DNA from: Hyphochytrium catenoides
Lineage: Eukaryota; Protista; Hyphochytriomycota
Direction: 5' to 3'
Assembly: GCA_900088475.1 (NCBI GenBank)
Contig: FLMG01003780.1
Location: 16,685-80,672 of the forward strand
DNA length: 63,988 bases
Shown here: piece by piece, positions 37,980 to 50,800 of the stretch
Layout of the letters: every line of letters begins with the position of its first letter
Position numbering within the stretch: position 1 is the first letter of the stretch
Translations under genes and position numbers: made by a program
The notes under the pieces: generated by a model
What the model was told of the DNA's origin: nothing
Database searches by the model: none
The model's input: only the letters and a program-made list of their open reading frames with translations

Positions 37980-38985
37980 TACGGCGCGCAGAAGTGGACG
38001 ACGTGAGCCGAGTAAATGCAGCATAGAGTTGGCCTTACCAAACATTGTTAGCTGGTCAATATCACGGAAGGCATAGGGATGCTGTCCGACTTGACGGCCG
38101 TAGGCAGCCCATACATCTCCCACAAAGATCTGTGCTCGCTTGTAGAAGAAGATCTGGCGTCCTTTATAGACAGACTGGTCTCTGAACCCTAGCATGCCCT
38201 CCTTGAGTCAACCTTCAAGATATGTCATCGACGGATGAGCAAACAAATGTACCGGGAAAGTGGCAAGTCAAGAGGTCAACGAGTGCCACAGCGGAGCCTG
38301 CAGCTGCCTTTACAAGCTCTGCAGCTTGGCCTTGGAACGACTTGAGTAGCACTAGGCCAATCTAGAGACGTCGAAAGAGTAAGTAAACTTACGAAGCTAT
38401 ATCGTACTCATGACGATGTACCTCTTGCACTTTGCGTACTCGCTCCTCTATCTGAGGCACCTGGAAGGGTTTGAACCACTGCTCCACCTCCGGAGCGGTG
38501 ATCTCCGCAAGTCTCTTGGCATCTAGCGCTCTCTCATCAGCCTCCAAGGCTCGCTTGAGACCTTGCGCTAGATGTTCATATTGAAGGCTGGGCAAGAGAG
38601 GGGCAGCCGCTGTCACATCGCGAAGGTTTAACCCTAGTCACAGTAAGAGCTGCAACAACCTTACCCATCGGTGGGCCAGAAGCAGAAATTCAGTGCGTCT
38701 AGTACGAGGATGTACTGGCAAGTCAACGGGCCCGCATCCGCAGCATCCTTAGAGTAGTGCCAGTCGTTCGCATCCCAGGCCACCTGCTGGAAATCAAAGG
38801 TAGTGGAGGCCTACGGAAGGCAGAGAGATCATAACGTCAAACAGTATCTCGATGGTGTCGTAATAAGGCTGCCTCCGCACCATGTCCACCGCTAGCTTAT
38901 CAATAGCAGCGGCGTCGATCGTCACGTGCCGCATCAGCTGGCAGACCTCCTGAGTGGTGACTCTAACTGCCTGAACGCTATTCAT
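37581..38985 (-). CDS. QNG1: Queuosine 5'-phosphate N-glycosylase / queuosine salvage protein (DUF2419, C9orf64)
   Basis: Spliced product contains YILVLDALNFCFWP, YEHLAQGLK, EERVRKVQE|IG, FP|GFRDQSVYKGRQIFFYKRAQIFVGDVW, LTMF|ADYRVPQ, EIEIRA, LDWLLW and HHRTLTVFY*. Confidence 0.93.
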
Positions 38986-39559
38986 CCTATCCCACTTCCT
39001 TCCGGCAGCCAAATGAGCGAAGATACCCAGTGCTAGAGCCTTAATAAATGCTAGACAAGCATTGAGCCTCCCGCTATACTCCTTATCAGTCTCTCTGCAT
39101 CATACGCGAGGCTTAGCCGTGGGCAGGCTTGAGCTAAGCAGCAGGCAAACAACTCTTCAACATCACGAATTATTCTGATTCCTCTGTGATTCTCAAAGTT
39201 CTCATCACCAACCCCTCTTTCCCTAGCATGTAGCATGGGAATAGGTAATTTCAATAGCCGTTAGACAATAGCAATAACAGCTTTGAGAGCTCATTTAGGA
39301 TTGTGAGAATAGTGAATTCTCATACCTCTGTGGCGGGATTCTTCGTTACTTCAAAATCTCTGTCCAGAAAATTATTGCCATCGCCATAAAGATTGAGATT
39401 TGCCTTGCGCACAAGCAGAGGGTTTCGCACAGCTCTCTCTCTCTCTCTGGGTTGAGCCAGTCACTGCGATGTTCCCCCGCGGTCTCCGAGGGTCACTCTT
39501 CCGTTAACATTCTTTGATTCATCGGCCGAGGTTGTGTATATCACTGTGAGCTCGTTGCG

Positions 39560-41428
39560 ATGACCCTCAGCAGAGGACAGATGATGATTCAGCTGCCAGA
39601 GACGAAAGCAGAGGCCCCTTACCTTGCTGCCGATGCTAAAGGATCTCCAAGTACAGCTTCAAGCTGTAAGAAGAATGAAGCAGCGGATAGTGAAGAGGTA
39701 CCTGATGCCGTCCGGACCCTGCTATCTCGATTTCAGGAGCTCGATAAAGGCGTCAGAGTACTCAGCAGGCGTCAGGTACCCACATTCTTCGCCCTACATG
39801 GATTCGTCAGCCGAACCAGTAGCACGTAAGCACCTCCCACGCTACCTCGCCCTCTCGTTTGGCTCAGTAAGTCCTGGCCGTAACTACACAGAGACTTCAA
39901 CAAGATACATCTACGGCAGATTCTCTATTTGTATCCCGAGGCATTCACTGTCGAGGTTCGTCCTATCAAAGCTGCTGTCGACCAGAAGGAACATCAGGGT
40001 GGCCAAGAGACTCTTATAGTGAAGGTGCAAGCGCTCTGTCTCTCCTCAGAGAGCACAACGCTACTCTTGCTAACCTCAGCCGCGTCGTATAGGTTAAGGA
40101 AGATAAGGAGGCACTCACAATCGCTGAGAGAGCCGACAAGTTCTTAAGCAGAGCCAGACAATGGTGGCGAGCTTACGCGAGCCAGACCCACTCCGCTTCA
40201 TGCACCGATGACCTCTTCCCCCTGGTACCCTACTTCTAAAGCTAATGGAGCAGCTTTCCTTTGCCCTTGTTACTTATGCCCTAAACCTGTGGGATGGCCT
40301 CTTCACACTCCTGCATTGACACGCAATTCTCACAGGCCACTCTACCAGAAAGAAGTGAGAGGAGTTTGAAGGCCGAGGACCTGCTCCTAAACGGGGATAA
40401 TGGGGTCCTGAACCAGTTGGGAAAGAAACAAGAGGTAACAGGAGTCTTCTCTTGACTAGCCCCTGAAGCTTCATGAGGTTTTGCACCACCTCCGCACCTG
40501 GCTTCATCAGTCGTATATCTCCTCCAGCTTCTCTGCATCAATCTCTGCTCTTACGTATCTCCACAAACCCTCTGTTACTAGGGAGCTAGGTTAGAGGTGA
40601 AGCGGCCCAAGTCTAGCCTTCAGGATATCTCTGCTCGGGTAAGAAGATCCTCCTGTGACATCGACACTATTATCCAATTTCTAATCTGGTGGTGACGCCT
40701 CTGCCTATTTCGGCTCAACCTGTTGGCTCTTTCTGGCTATGCGCTCTTGTCCATACAGATTAGTAAGAAAAGGAAGGCACGTGAAGACCTGCAGCCTGCA
40801 ATCGAGAAGTGCATCCAGCAGTCCAAGCTCACGGATCTTCCTCCCTTCTTCGATAGAGTGGCAGGGTACCGAGTCATCTACTATCTGTCTTAAGTACGCT
40901 ACTTTTCTTTCTCATGTACCCGTTTAGGTTAAGCACTTGCTCTCTCACCTACGTAGCCAACTTCTGTTTGTCAATCTACCCGGTTCTCCAACTCTTAGGC
41001 TGAAGATGCTACTTTCCTTTGCACAGGCTGGTAAGACGAGAGAGAAGATGGAGTTTTCCCTTACAGCAGCTTGCGAGCAAGTTGGCTGCCACGTATACAA
41101 CGCCTATCACCGAAGGTAACGTCACACGCTGATCACTATTTTTACCTTCACAGATCGGCTATTTGGTCCTCTTCCACTGGTCGTTGTTTATCAACCTGAC
41201 TTCTCCTGACTTACTCTCTTCTTTGCGGATTTATCTACTCTCATCCACCTGACTTCTATAGAGGAACTCCAAGAACGATTGGCGCTGCTTGCGGAACATT
41301 CAGACGGCTGGTGCTGTCTCTCTGTGTCGAAAGTGGACCCTGTGCTGCAGCTATTTCAGATTGACAGTCACAAGGACCTAGCTCAGGCGCGACGAGCACT
41401 AAGCTTGGCAGCGGCCCAAGAGCACTAA
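39560..41428 (+). CDS. CDT1: DNA replication licensing factor Cdt1
   Basis: Middle domain LLSRFQELDKGVRVLSRRQVPTF...DFNKIHLRQILYLYPEAF. C-terminal winged helix KLTDLPPFFDRVA|GLVRRERRWSFPLQQLASKL...EELQERLALLAEHSDGW. Multi-exon; the start codon is uncertain. Confidence 0.75.
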
Positions 41429-41445
41429 GCTTGGCAGCGGCCCAA
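41394..41445 (+). repeat. Perfect 26-bp tandem duplication GAGCACTAAGCTTGGCAGCGGCCCAA x2
   Basis: Units 41394-41419 and 41420-41445 are identical. The second unit supplies the CDT1 stop codon. Confidence 0.95.
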
Positions 41446-42730
41446 AAGACGTTGGGACAAAGAAAGCTCTTGGGAGACAGAAGCTAGAGCGCTGCCCAGC
41501 CTATTTATTCGTGGCTGTACACTATCAAATGGGTAGCATCGATGCAGGAAAACAGTAGGACGTAAGGGTTACAGCGGCGCCTAATATAAGGCGCTACTCT
41601 TCTTTTTGTCTTTCTGGGAATGACACTCGGGAGCTAAGGCAAGACTAATGTTCTATAGCAAAGTACATTCGGTACCTTCAAGGTGAACTCCTACTGAGAG
41701 ATTCATCGAAAGAGAGTAAGGGTCTCCTTCTCACTCTAGGTGGGCTAACTATCAATATAATAGCATCACAACCAGGGACTCATCTTTCCCCTATCATTCA
41801 CACTTTAGCTGCGGTGATCATGAGCGCCACCCCGGATGATACTTCGAGACTGACCACCAGCTAGAAATGCCTGAATGGGAGCCCTATTGGCTTTACAGGT
41901 TTGATGTCATGTCCCTTTTCACCCCTTGTCTGAAGCCTTCCTAGTAGGCCCCTGTAAGGAGCCATATCAAGAAGAGACGAGGACCTGGGAGGAGACACGA
42001 TAGAAAGGGAGAACGAAAAGATAAAGAAATGGATAAGCCAGACAGGGCAAAACCAAAGTCTACTTAGCGAGAAGACGCAGGGGGGCCTCACCACTCTCCT
42101 CCCTTCCCTCATCTGCCTGTTCGGTTTCCGGGCTTCCTTTACGGTCCCGTCAAGCAGCTAGAGTACACATCCGGCTAGACGTTAAAGTAAATGTGAGCCA
42201 TTAGAATAATAGGTAACCTAGTTGCTTCATAACAAAGCCGAAACAAAAACAACCTTAAGAAGGGACCAACATCAGCCGCTACTATGGTCTGCCGTCCGAA
42301 ACGAGCCTGCTGCTGCTGCCACGCAGGGCATAAACTTGCTCTCCGCAGCATCTAGCGCAACAAGCAATAGGGGCCACATGCCAACAATCAGAAAGCGGAT
42401 GCAGCGCGGCGTAACTTCTACTGACTGCTGGTGATGACTGCTTGATCTTCTCGTGGCCTGTTGAAGGTCTTCTTCCTCCTCTCTTTCCTCAATGCCATGT
42501 CTTCCAACGCTGGGCCGAACTATCGCACTTGGTGCGTAATTCTTATCAGCTGGGCACCGCCCCATTAGCTAGCCAAGAGCATTCAAATCCTCCAAGGAAA
42601 GAAGTAAGAGCTACTTCGAACAATGGGTATTGGCTGCAGCGACTAAAGGATTAGAGATACACGAAAGAGCCATGCTAGCTGACCTGGCTCACTCCCAGCT
42701 AGAGCCTTCTACATCACAGCAGCTACCTTG

Positions 42731-44575
42731 CTATTCGGTATGCCTTTTGGTCACATGGCCTACAGGATACTGAACACGCTTCCCGAGGTATATGCGTGGT
42801 ATGGCGAATAGGCACCATAAGCCAAAAGCTGTCAAAGTCAGGAGACAAAGCACTGTCCCAGGTGCGATCTCACTCCTTGCCTTTAGATAAGAAAGGTCAA
42901 AGCTCTTCATCCCGCCTCCAGAGGCAGTTGGCAGTGCTGGATGACTTGCATTGTGCACTCTTAGGGTCATTGAGCTTCGACCTTCTTCGTTCATAATCCG
43001 TAGAGTGAGACTCGGCCTTGTACTATTTGCATCTCTGTCTGATTGCCAGTCGATATCCAGAATGCCGAAGTTCTTGCCCTCATAAACAGCTGAGGGAACT
43101 ATTCTGTGTCCCTCATACTTGCGGAGTACCCACTGGCAGAGAGACGAGTACCAAGCGTCTCTGCAGGAGTGGCTTAACCCCGAACTTGTTACCTCAATCA
43201 CTCGATGAGCAGCATCTACATCGCAGATGAGTGCATTCGCTTCCCTATAGCAAACTGGCGAAGAGCCTTCGGCATCGACTGTTTGTCCCCTCACACTAGC
43301 AGAGGATAGCTCTGCAAAGTGGACATCTCCACTAAGCAGTATCGGTGCTAGAGAGTGCAGAGTCAATATTCTCTTTGAGGCTCCACCTATCGCTTGCAAA
43401 GTCTTATCTACCTCTCTGAGCTGTCGCTACTAAGCTTAGCAGCCGCTGTAGACTCCATGGATAATGACTCCAGCTTTCCACCAGAGGATTTGAAGTCAAC
43501 ACCTGCCAGAGTAGCTATTAGGACGTCTAGTCCTCCACCAATTATGGCGTTTGACGAGTTATCGACCACCTGGATGCTTGAGACTATGATTGTTACGGCA
43601 GCCTCAGGACTACGGAGCTGCGACTCCAGCCAGGTCCATTGCTCTTTACCAAGGATATCTCCAGAGTAGTCCACGTCTAAGCTCAGAGCGTCATCTATGA
43701 GTAAACTAGGACGATAGTCGTAACTTGTACCTAGCCCCATTATGGCACTGGCCGCCCTGAAGAAGGCACCAATGAAAGACCCGAACGGGAAATGTGCAGC
43801 AAAAACACCTGGCACCACAGCAGGATCTCGGTCGAAGCGAGTGTCGAGGATAATCACCTTCACCTGCATGGGAGAGCTATCAGTCTTAGAGGCTGAAGGG
43901 TCCCAGACCGATCTGAGAGGTATACCTGTTCTGTAGGGTTATTACCATAGGTAACGCTCCAGTATGCTCCGCGTCGCTGACGGCGCTTTGAGTGCGGCGG
44001 AACGCCAATGAAGTCTAAGAAAAGCTTAAGACTCTGTTCTTTCCACCTAAACTCCTACTGACGGATTTGTCAAGAAAGTGTTAGGCTGCCTTCATCACCC
44101 ATCATGTGCTCAGACAGTCAATAATCAATGAGGGGGGCAACGCGTACTTAAGGGCTCACCTTTCCCCCGTCGTTCCGACCATAGTCGTGGTCATCGTAAG
44201 TGCCGTCAACGATCATCCCGCGAGTCTGGCCATCGGCTAGAAATGCCTGGTACCCGGCTCCGTGTAGCTGCTGGGAGTAGTCCGTAGCCATCCTCTCGGG
44301 ATTGGGACTGCCACCAGACCTTAGCCAGGCAGCTAGCAGTCATGGCCCTGCATTGCTACTTACCTATCCGGGTATATTGCGTCTCCAAGCCACAGAAAGA
44401 CGTCGGGTTTGGACGAGGCAATGTGAGGCCACAGAGGCTGGGGTAGCTTTTGATTGCTGCATGAGCCAAAGGTAATGCGGTTGAGAGTCTTCTCATGGTG
44501 CTCATCAGCAACGCTAGCAGAGATGGCACTCTCGTCGTGCAACATGGGACCATCATTGGCGATGACCCTTGCCAT
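42731..44575 (-). CDS. phoD: PhoD-family alkaline phosphatase/phosphodiesterase with C-terminal transmembrane helix
   Basis: Motifs across exons: ITFGSC, WLGDAIY, GTYDDHDYGRNDGGK, ILDTRFDR, LGKEQWTWLE, ESWSHYP, LLSGDVHFAE, EVTSSGLSH, NFG. Hydrophobic tail VLCLLTLTAFGLWCLFAI. Start uncertain. Confidence 0.9.
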
Positions 44576-45744
44576 GGCCGTTTACTTGGCTCTAGCCACA
44601 CAAATTGACTACTGTTTCTTACATACCGCCATCTTCGTTCGGCTACAAGTGCCTGACAGACGCCGATGGCCAAAGGACAAAAGCTTTTACAAGTACTATA
44701 TTATGATAGGACGGTGTCACCTTCAAGCCCTTCCATCCCGCCTATCACCATAGACTAGCATCGGGCTCATGACAAATGCCGAAGATTATTGCCCCGCCAG
44801 ATGCGGGCAGATTATTGAGATGTCAAGCTCTGAATGAGAGATTTCTGTCGAGATGCTTTTTATGAGAGGAGCACCATATATGACTGATAAATATAAATGT
44901 ATGCCAAAATTCACATATCCAGGCCCAGACTATCAGGGATTCGCCCCCAACTTGAACCTCAATGATGTTACAATGTAGGAAGCTCATCTCTGTCAACAAT
45001 CTGACGACTGAGTGGCCGAGGTACCAAGGTATCGCAAATTCAGTAATAATTAGCTCAATTTGGTTATTATGACGGTAAGGACGAGTGTTTTATTCGGAAT
45101 AGAGTCTCTATTGATGAGTAGACAGTGGAGTTGCAGTCAACAATCTGCGCGGCATCAGCATGTGTGATGAGTGTTGGTTCTCACTCTGGACGGACCGCAC
45201 CAGAACCGGCTGATTGTCAGTCAAGAAGTATTATGTTCTTCAGGGCTGGATCGTTAGTGGCTGCGTCTGATGGAGGTAGGTACTTCTCTTAGGGCTATCT
45301 TACCCACTGTCTCCTGATGAGTAGAGCTCTGTCTCTGCTTCCTGGACAACGCTCATGAGAAGCAGATTGCAAGCCATGCTTTCCAACTGCCCTCCAAAGC
45401 TGAGACAAGTCTCTCTTCCCATTCCCTGCCTTCCTCACTTGTGCTGACACTTCCTTCTCATCAAGGCAGTTACCGATTGACCTTCTGAACCGCATCACGT
45501 AGAGCTGATATGAGGCCATATCAGCGGCAAAATAGGGGTCAACTCTTCCAGCCGTAGCTTTCAGCAGTCTCTTGTTATCCGTACATTCGGGCGGGACTCT
45601 AAGGTGACCTTGCTCTAGTCCCCGTATCTTCTCATCACCCACGCAACACACCTTATTGTGCCTTCTTGGGGCAAGACTCTCTTTAGCGGAGTTGTACAGA
45701 ACCGGCGGGCCTTGCAGATTGTCATGGGCACCAGGGAGCTTAGG

Positions 45745-46947
45745 ATGGCCACTTTAAAAAGAGCTTTAAGCTGGGCCTGTTTGGCTTTGATTGCTTCATT
45801 CCAACTGCTTTCGATGCGCTGCCCATATGTGAGTGCTGATGGAGACCATAGCTCCCACTCCTCCGGGCCCACTCCATCCTCAAGCGCCATCTCACTTAGC
45901 TCTTCGGTTTGTGTTACAACCCCATCAGATGCAGCATGCAAGACCTACACTTACCCCGATGCCGATGCAAGAGCGGATTTAGACAAGCTGTGCACTTCTA
46001 TGCCCTTCATGATTGGATGTAGCCTTCGGTCCCTGTGTGACGCTAAGTCAATTGTCTCTGAGAAGTACTGCGCACCCATCAGTCTGTTACAGACAATTTG
46101 CATTGAAGACACTGGCATGAGCAGCATGCAAGGCTGTGCCAATGTCTCCTCTCTTTGTGGCTCTGGGGGTTCTGTCGTGGAGCAATGCAAGCAGAAGCCA
46201 CCGATTCCCTCAGTTATTGAATCATTTTCGACCACAAAGTTGGCCGTCAAGTCTTGCTCTCAGATGAACATGGACGGCTGCGACCTCTGTGTCTCTGAGA
46301 ACAACTGCAAGGACCCCTTGATGGCCATGTCAAGACTTTGTCAGTCCATGTGGATGGATGAATGCCAGGAATGGAAAAGCATGTGCGACGCCCTGCCTGA
46401 CAACGAAAGGCAGTCTTTAGCAGTCATCTGCGGCTCCTCTTCACCTAGCGAAGCCACACCTCTTATGCGGATGTACTTCCACACAGGCCTTGTGGACTAC
46501 GTTCTCTTCAAAGGGTGGGTACCACGGACACCCGGTTACTATACCCTCACCGTCCTGGCTATCCTGCTCCTTGGAATACTCTCAACTCTCCTTCGTCTCT
46601 TTAGAAAGAATGCTGAGATGAAGTTTGCGATGAAAGACGCCAAAGATTCCGCCGAGGTCCATTCCCCTGCAGACAGAGGTGAAGCTGGGGTCGTCATAGT
46701 GAATGGCATGAAGCGCAAGGTACTATCACGGAAGACAATCCTCCTGCAAAACGCTGTCAGAGGCGCGTTCATGGCGGCCATAGTGACGGTGGACTACATG
46801 CTCATGCTGATTGCTATGACCTTCAATGTCGGCCTGTTCATAGCTGTCGTGGTGGGCTTCAGTCTAGGCCAGCTCTTATTTGGGCACCTCCTGGTGGAGG
46901 AAAGGGTCGGCTCGCCCGGTGTGGCAGACCCAATGTGCTGCGGCTAG
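45745..46947 (+). CDS. Ctr (SLC31/COPT) copper transporter with signal peptide and Cys/Met-rich ectodomain
   Basis: Intronless. MRMYFHTG precedes TM1, the MxxxM motif lies in YMLMLIAMTFNVGLFIAVVVG, there is a GxxxG, and the C-terminus is MCCG. Hydrophobic N-terminal leader from ATG 45745. Confidence 0.92.
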   Translation: MATLKRALSWACLALIASFQLLSMRCPYVSADGDHSSHSSGPTPSSSAISLSSSVCVTTPSDAACKTYTYPDADARADLDKLCTSMPFMIGCSLRSLCDAKSIVSEKYCAPISLLQTICIEDTGMSSMQGCANVSSLCGSGGSVVEQCKQKPPIPSVIESFSTTKLAVKSCSQMNMDGCDLCVSENNCKDPLMAMSRLCQSMWMDECQEWKSMCDALPDNERQSLAVICGSSSPSEATPLMRMYFHTGLVDYVLFKGWVPRTPGYYTLTVLAILLLGILSTLLRLFRKNAEMKFAMKDAKDSAEVHSPADRGEAGVVIVNGMKRKVLSRKTILLQNAVRGAFMAAIVTVDYMLMLIAMTFNVGLFIAVVVGFSLGQLLFGHLLVEERVGSPGVADPMCCG

Positions 46948-47804
46948 GCAAGGATGACGAAGAGCAATAAAGTAGCTAGAGGAAGAGGTTACTAGGAGCC
47001 TCCTTGAGGCTTGACACAAGGGATTGTGTCCTCACGTTTGTATTATGTGGTGTCACTTAGCTAGTCTTACTAGGCGCGTGGTATGGTCCTCTAAGGATCA
47101 CGATCCTCTTCATATCCTCTCCTCCTTCCTAACCTAATAAACCACATAAGTTACTGAACTGACACTTGCTTGGACGCTTCCTCCGGTTACCTCTATGGAG
47201 GCAAGTGTGGGGCCGCGCGGTCCCTTACCCAGTGAGACCTAGACCTAAGGTGCTGTACAAGGAGGCAGCTGCTCTCTTAGAGTGCACTACTGGGAACAGT
47301 CTCCGTCCTCTCTTACATCCTTCTTTGTATCATCTGATTGGCCTCTCTTGAGCTTCAGACCAGCTCCCTGACGCTTCATCTCAGCATCAGCAACAAGTGT
47401 CTTCTTTTCCACCTTTCCGAAAAAATGGGATGCACTCCCGAGGGTAAACAGTCCAAGATTCCTTATATACGAAAATGAAATATACCTTATCATAATGCCC
47501 CTCGCTCGTTGTAAATGAAAGACCGAAGATAAATACTTCGCCTAAACTATTCAGCCTCAGCCTCCAGTACCCCTCCTGGGGAGACAAAGTTGTTTCTGAT
47601 TGAAGCTTCTTGGAGACCATCGGCTTCTCAAGCTCTGGAGCCGGCGCGCCTGGAAGTCATCGCCGAGAGAAGCTTCAACAGTCTTCAACTGTCACCTTCG
47701 ACGCGGTCTCAACATCTTCCCTTCACATTTTTCAAGTTCTCTATCTCTCTGTACAGGTCGCCGTTCTTCTTGGTAGGCGGTCCTGGGCGTTTAGAGGAGG
47801 AAGC

Positions 47805-50800
47805 ATGGGAAGAAGAGTACGAGGAAGTGGTGGTGGCAGAGGACCACCTGAAGATCTGCTAGCAGCTCAGCAGGAGGCACTCAGGGAGCTAGAAGAGGCG
47901 CAGAAACTCTTTCAGGAGGCACGGCGCCAGGCAGAAGAGGCGAAAAGAGTACATTCTGAGATACTTGGAGCCGCAGAGGAAGCCATGGCAGTCAAAGAGG
48001 CAGCCCAGATGCAGCTCGCTGGTGCTAAGACGAAGAGATCACCGAAGAAAGGTTAGAGCATCCGCCTTCGCTTCTAGCCCCTTTTTGTTTATTCAGCTAG
48101 ATTGCGGATGAGCCTAGAAACATGACATCTGGCACTTCGCTTTGTCCTCTCGCCCTTGCGCTGGTTCCTTGCTCTGTTTCAAGTAGGAATCTTGTCCTGG
48201 CCACGCTATGTCAGGCGATTTTCTGTTTCTTTGGCAACTCTAAGCTAGACTAAGCTCCTCCTCACCCTGCAGCTCAAGGTAAAGCCCCAGAGTATGGTTC
48301 AGGGTCCTACTGGGAGGAGCGGTATGCCGCCTCTCTTCCCTCCGCTTCTACAAAAGGACTAAGCGATGGTGAAGAGGCGTCCCTCTATGAGTGGTACGGC
48401 GACTTCTCTTCGCTAAGACACATTATCACCTCGGCCATTCCTCTTCCAGAACCATGTGTTGAAGGTGCGCCAGAGGGCAGGTCAGAGAGAGGAAGGGAAG
48501 AAGTTGAGGAGGAGGAAGGGGCGATCCTTCTCGTGATTGGAACGGGGAACTCTTCTCTGTGTGAAGATCTAGCATTGTACGGCTATCCAAGAGTTATTGG
48601 GACAGATATCTCTCCCACCGTCGTGGAGTTGATGAACGAGAGAGCGCTAAGAGGTCAGCCACGAGGGAAAACAGGGTCTCCAGATAGAGAAGACGAAGCA
48701 AAAGCGAAAGGAGAAAGAAGAGAGCGAGAAAAGCTGGCCGATAGATTGACCTACTATCACCTGGACGCACAAGATATGAAGATCATTCCCTCTCTTTCCT
48801 GCAGAGGCGTGATAGATAAGGGTACCTTGGATGCCATCCTGGCTGGTGGCAAAGAAGGAAATGATGAAGAAGGAAAGACGGTGGAACGTGAGTCTCTCTC
48901 TCGGGCGGAAAGGGTTCTAACAGAAGTGAGTCGCGTCCTGAAGGAAGATGGAGTCTTCCTTCTCATCTCTGCGGTTGAGCCAGAGAAGTACAAGCCTCTT
49001 CTCTCCTCATATTTCTCTCTGGCTAACGTGACGCCCTTCCAAACGGACTACGGAGTACCAGCTTTTGCCTATGCGCTCCGCAAGCAGAACAGTGAGGACA
49101 AGCAGGGCGGAGGAGCGATTGGCGCCATTGTGCAAGCAATCCAGCGACTTCGCCTGGAAGTAGACAACGAAAGAGAAGAGGCGATTAGCAGTTGTTGGTC
49201 CTCTTTACAAGGTCTGAAGGAGCTCAAGGACAGACTGACATTTGAGCAGCAAGCTGCCGGAAAGGAAGTTGATGCAAAGTGGAAGGCGTTTCTCTCAGGA
49301 CTCGAGAACGAGGAGAAACAGAGTGAGGAAAAGCAAGAGGAAGAGCCGTACCATAGTGATTGTGAACCATCAGATAGAGAAGAGATTGTCCCTACATGCC
49401 CTCAATGCCTCTCTCTCTCCAAGACAGCTGGAGTCTCTGGAAACTGTTCCTGTGGCCTTCGGATCAGCTGGAGTCAGGATGAGGAGGAAGTAGCGCTTTC
49501 CATTTCTCTTCCCTATCCCTGCCAAGCTAAGGATGTTAAGGTTGATATAAAGAGAGAGAAGGTGACAGTTGTTCTCGCTTCTGCTCCCTCTTCATCGCCG
49601 TCTTCCTCTCCTTTGGTTCTTTTGGACCACCTTCTTCTTCAAAGGGTTAACCCGGCAGAATCTGTGTGGACTCTACTTGATGAGGGCACTAGTCTTCATG
49701 TAGGTTACCTCTTCTCTTTCTCTCCTGTCCCACCTCCCCTGTTGCGATGTTTTTCTCTTTTTAACGCTTATTCCCCTGCCACGTCATTCTCGCTCGTTTT
49801 CTCTCCTCTCTGTTTCTCTCCACATGCCTGGCTATAGTTTCCTTGCCATCTCCGTCCCTTCGTAGCTATATATCGAAAGTGCTCTACCTTGTCCACGGCT
49901 GGAACAAGGGAGACTGCGTTACCTTTGTGTTCTGTCCAAACCTTCACGATCGATTTCTAACACTGACCAACTCCAGCTTGTTTTGGCCAAGACCCCAGAC
50001 GGAGGAAAGAGAGAGAAATGGAGTCGCATCTTCTCTCTCTCCCGTCCTCTCTCCTCTTCCACACACCCGCAGGTGTCGCTGCACCTTTTGGCGAAGGAGC
50101 TTCGTCAGGGTCGGTATCGGTGTGAGGTGGCAGCCGAGGTGCACTATATAGGTGGCAAGGTTCATGACAAGGTCAGAAAGAAGGGAACTAACGTTCTGAG
50201 GACCGGTTTTGCAGTCTAGTTCACTTTGTCTTCAATTTTTAGCTCTTTCTCCTTTATTTCTTCGTTCTCTGGCTAGACTTTGGTCCACTTTCTCTTCCGC
50301 ATTACCTGTCTGGCTCTCTCTCTCATGTCCTCTCTGTTCTTCAGGACTATGTCGCGATCTACCCATTTCACACTGCGGGCATCGCCTCCAATCTCCAAAG
50401 AGTGTCCATTCTATCGGACTTTGAAGATCTGTGCTTCGTGACGGAAGGAGAGCAGGAACAGGGAGGACGAACAAAGCTCTGGTTGATGCTTCCACAATCG
50501 AGTGGAGCCTACGTCCTATACCTTCTAAACGGGAGAAACAGGGTAATGGCGCAGTCTTTCCCTTTTCAGGTCTCTCTCTCTTCTCCTAGTCCATCCGTTT
50601 CCTCACTGGAGCAGTATGAAGAGAAACAGCCTTTGGAGGAGGACGGAGAGCAGACCCTTCCAACAGCGCTTCAGTCATTGTCGCTGAAGCGGGAAGACGA
50701 GCTCTTGCCAGGAAACTCTACTCCTTCCATTGAAGGAAGAATAGGGCAAGGAAAAGCAAGGGAAGAGAAAGATCCTAAGGTCGTTATTGAGAAGCTCAGT

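Noticed and set aside
44600-45745. GTAC copper-response cores upstream of the Ctr gene
   Set aside because: About four copies in ~1.1 kb, which is what chance predicts.
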